In this document: one piece after another, positions 33,431 to 33,947 of the stretch
How the letters are laid out: each line of letters opens with the position of its first letter
Numbering within the stretch: position 1 is the first letter of the stretch
Source of the DNA: Octopus bimaculoides
Taxonomy: Eukaryota
NCBI RefSeq assembly: GCF_001194135.2
Contig: NC_068982.1
Coordinates: 188,503,386-188,537,332 of the forward strand
Direction: 5' to 3'
Length of the DNA stretch: 33,947 nt
Notes under the pieces: generated by a model
What the model saw: the letters and a program-made list of their open reading frames with translations, nothing else
The model's database searches: none
What the model was told of the DNA's origin: nothing
Made by a program: the position numbers and the translations under genes

Positions 33431-33562
33431 GGATTTAATAATGACGATGTCTGGTGTATGTGGGATACTTTTCATTTCAGTCTTATAAAAGAGAAATGGT
33501 GAAGCAGTGTATGTGTGTGTGTGTATAGAGAGAGAGAGATATGTATATATATGCATTATGCA

Positions 33563-33725
33563 TGTAACTATTGGGGTCCTGGGATATGAAACACACGGCC
33601 TATATACCAATCTTGAGAAATTAGGCTTCTCAAAACCAGAAAGGAGAAAGCTGATTCGAAGACTACAGATCCAATCCATCACTGGAACTGTAAAAATCAG
33701 TAAAACTTTCCAGAAGTATATATGA
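33563..33725 (+). mobile_element. Extreme 3' ORF end of a second RLE-type (R4-like) non-LTR retrotransposon
   Basis: VTIGVLGYETHGLYTNLEKLGFSKPERRKLIRRLQIQSITGTVKISKTFQKYI* parallels the IVGALG...IQKIALLGTAHILRKTL C-terminus at 12450-12600. Confidence 0.65.
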
Positions 33726-33947
33726 GCATGTCTAGATATGCAACTATATGCATGAGAATACATACATAAAACATACAAATCTGTACATATACATACATAC
33801 AGGCATGATTGGATGCGCACGACAATTAAACCACATAGGTTCCAGCTCTAATGTTAATTGCTTTAAACTCCAACTGCTGCTTGTACAAACAGATTGTCTG
33901 TATCTATGTTATGCCATGTTCTTTTCTCATATATATATATATATATA

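Overview
Gappy, AT-rich animal genomic scaffold with 12 N-gaps and no prokaryote-like genes, rRNA, tRNA genes or CRISPR. The repeat families resemble, from memory, those of Octopus; this is an inference and no search was run. Nearly all long ORFs in the supplied track are artefacts of microsatellites or N-runs. The recognisable content is retrotransposon debris: tRNA-headed SINEs, RTE-clade LINE pieces (a decayed RT region at ~25.6-26.8 kb and many (GAT)n-tailed 3' ends), an L1/Tx1-like 3' end, two R4/Dong-type restriction-like-endonuclease fragments (one next to a (TAA)9 target) and a pogo-like transposon end. No host gene can be named; a few short candidate exons with good splice sites are listed at low confidence. 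The most interesting signal is a set of minimal type-I hammerhead-ribozyme-like motifs (stem I, CUGAUGA+1 nt, short stem II, GAAA, palindromic stem III) from three apparently unrelated sequence families. One lies in a 353-bp unit bounded by 21-bp direct repeats (2961-3334). Two lie in the arms of a 414-bp foldback element (15041-15454). Two are fused head-to-head into a 95-nt pre-miRNA-like hairpin (23151-23245).
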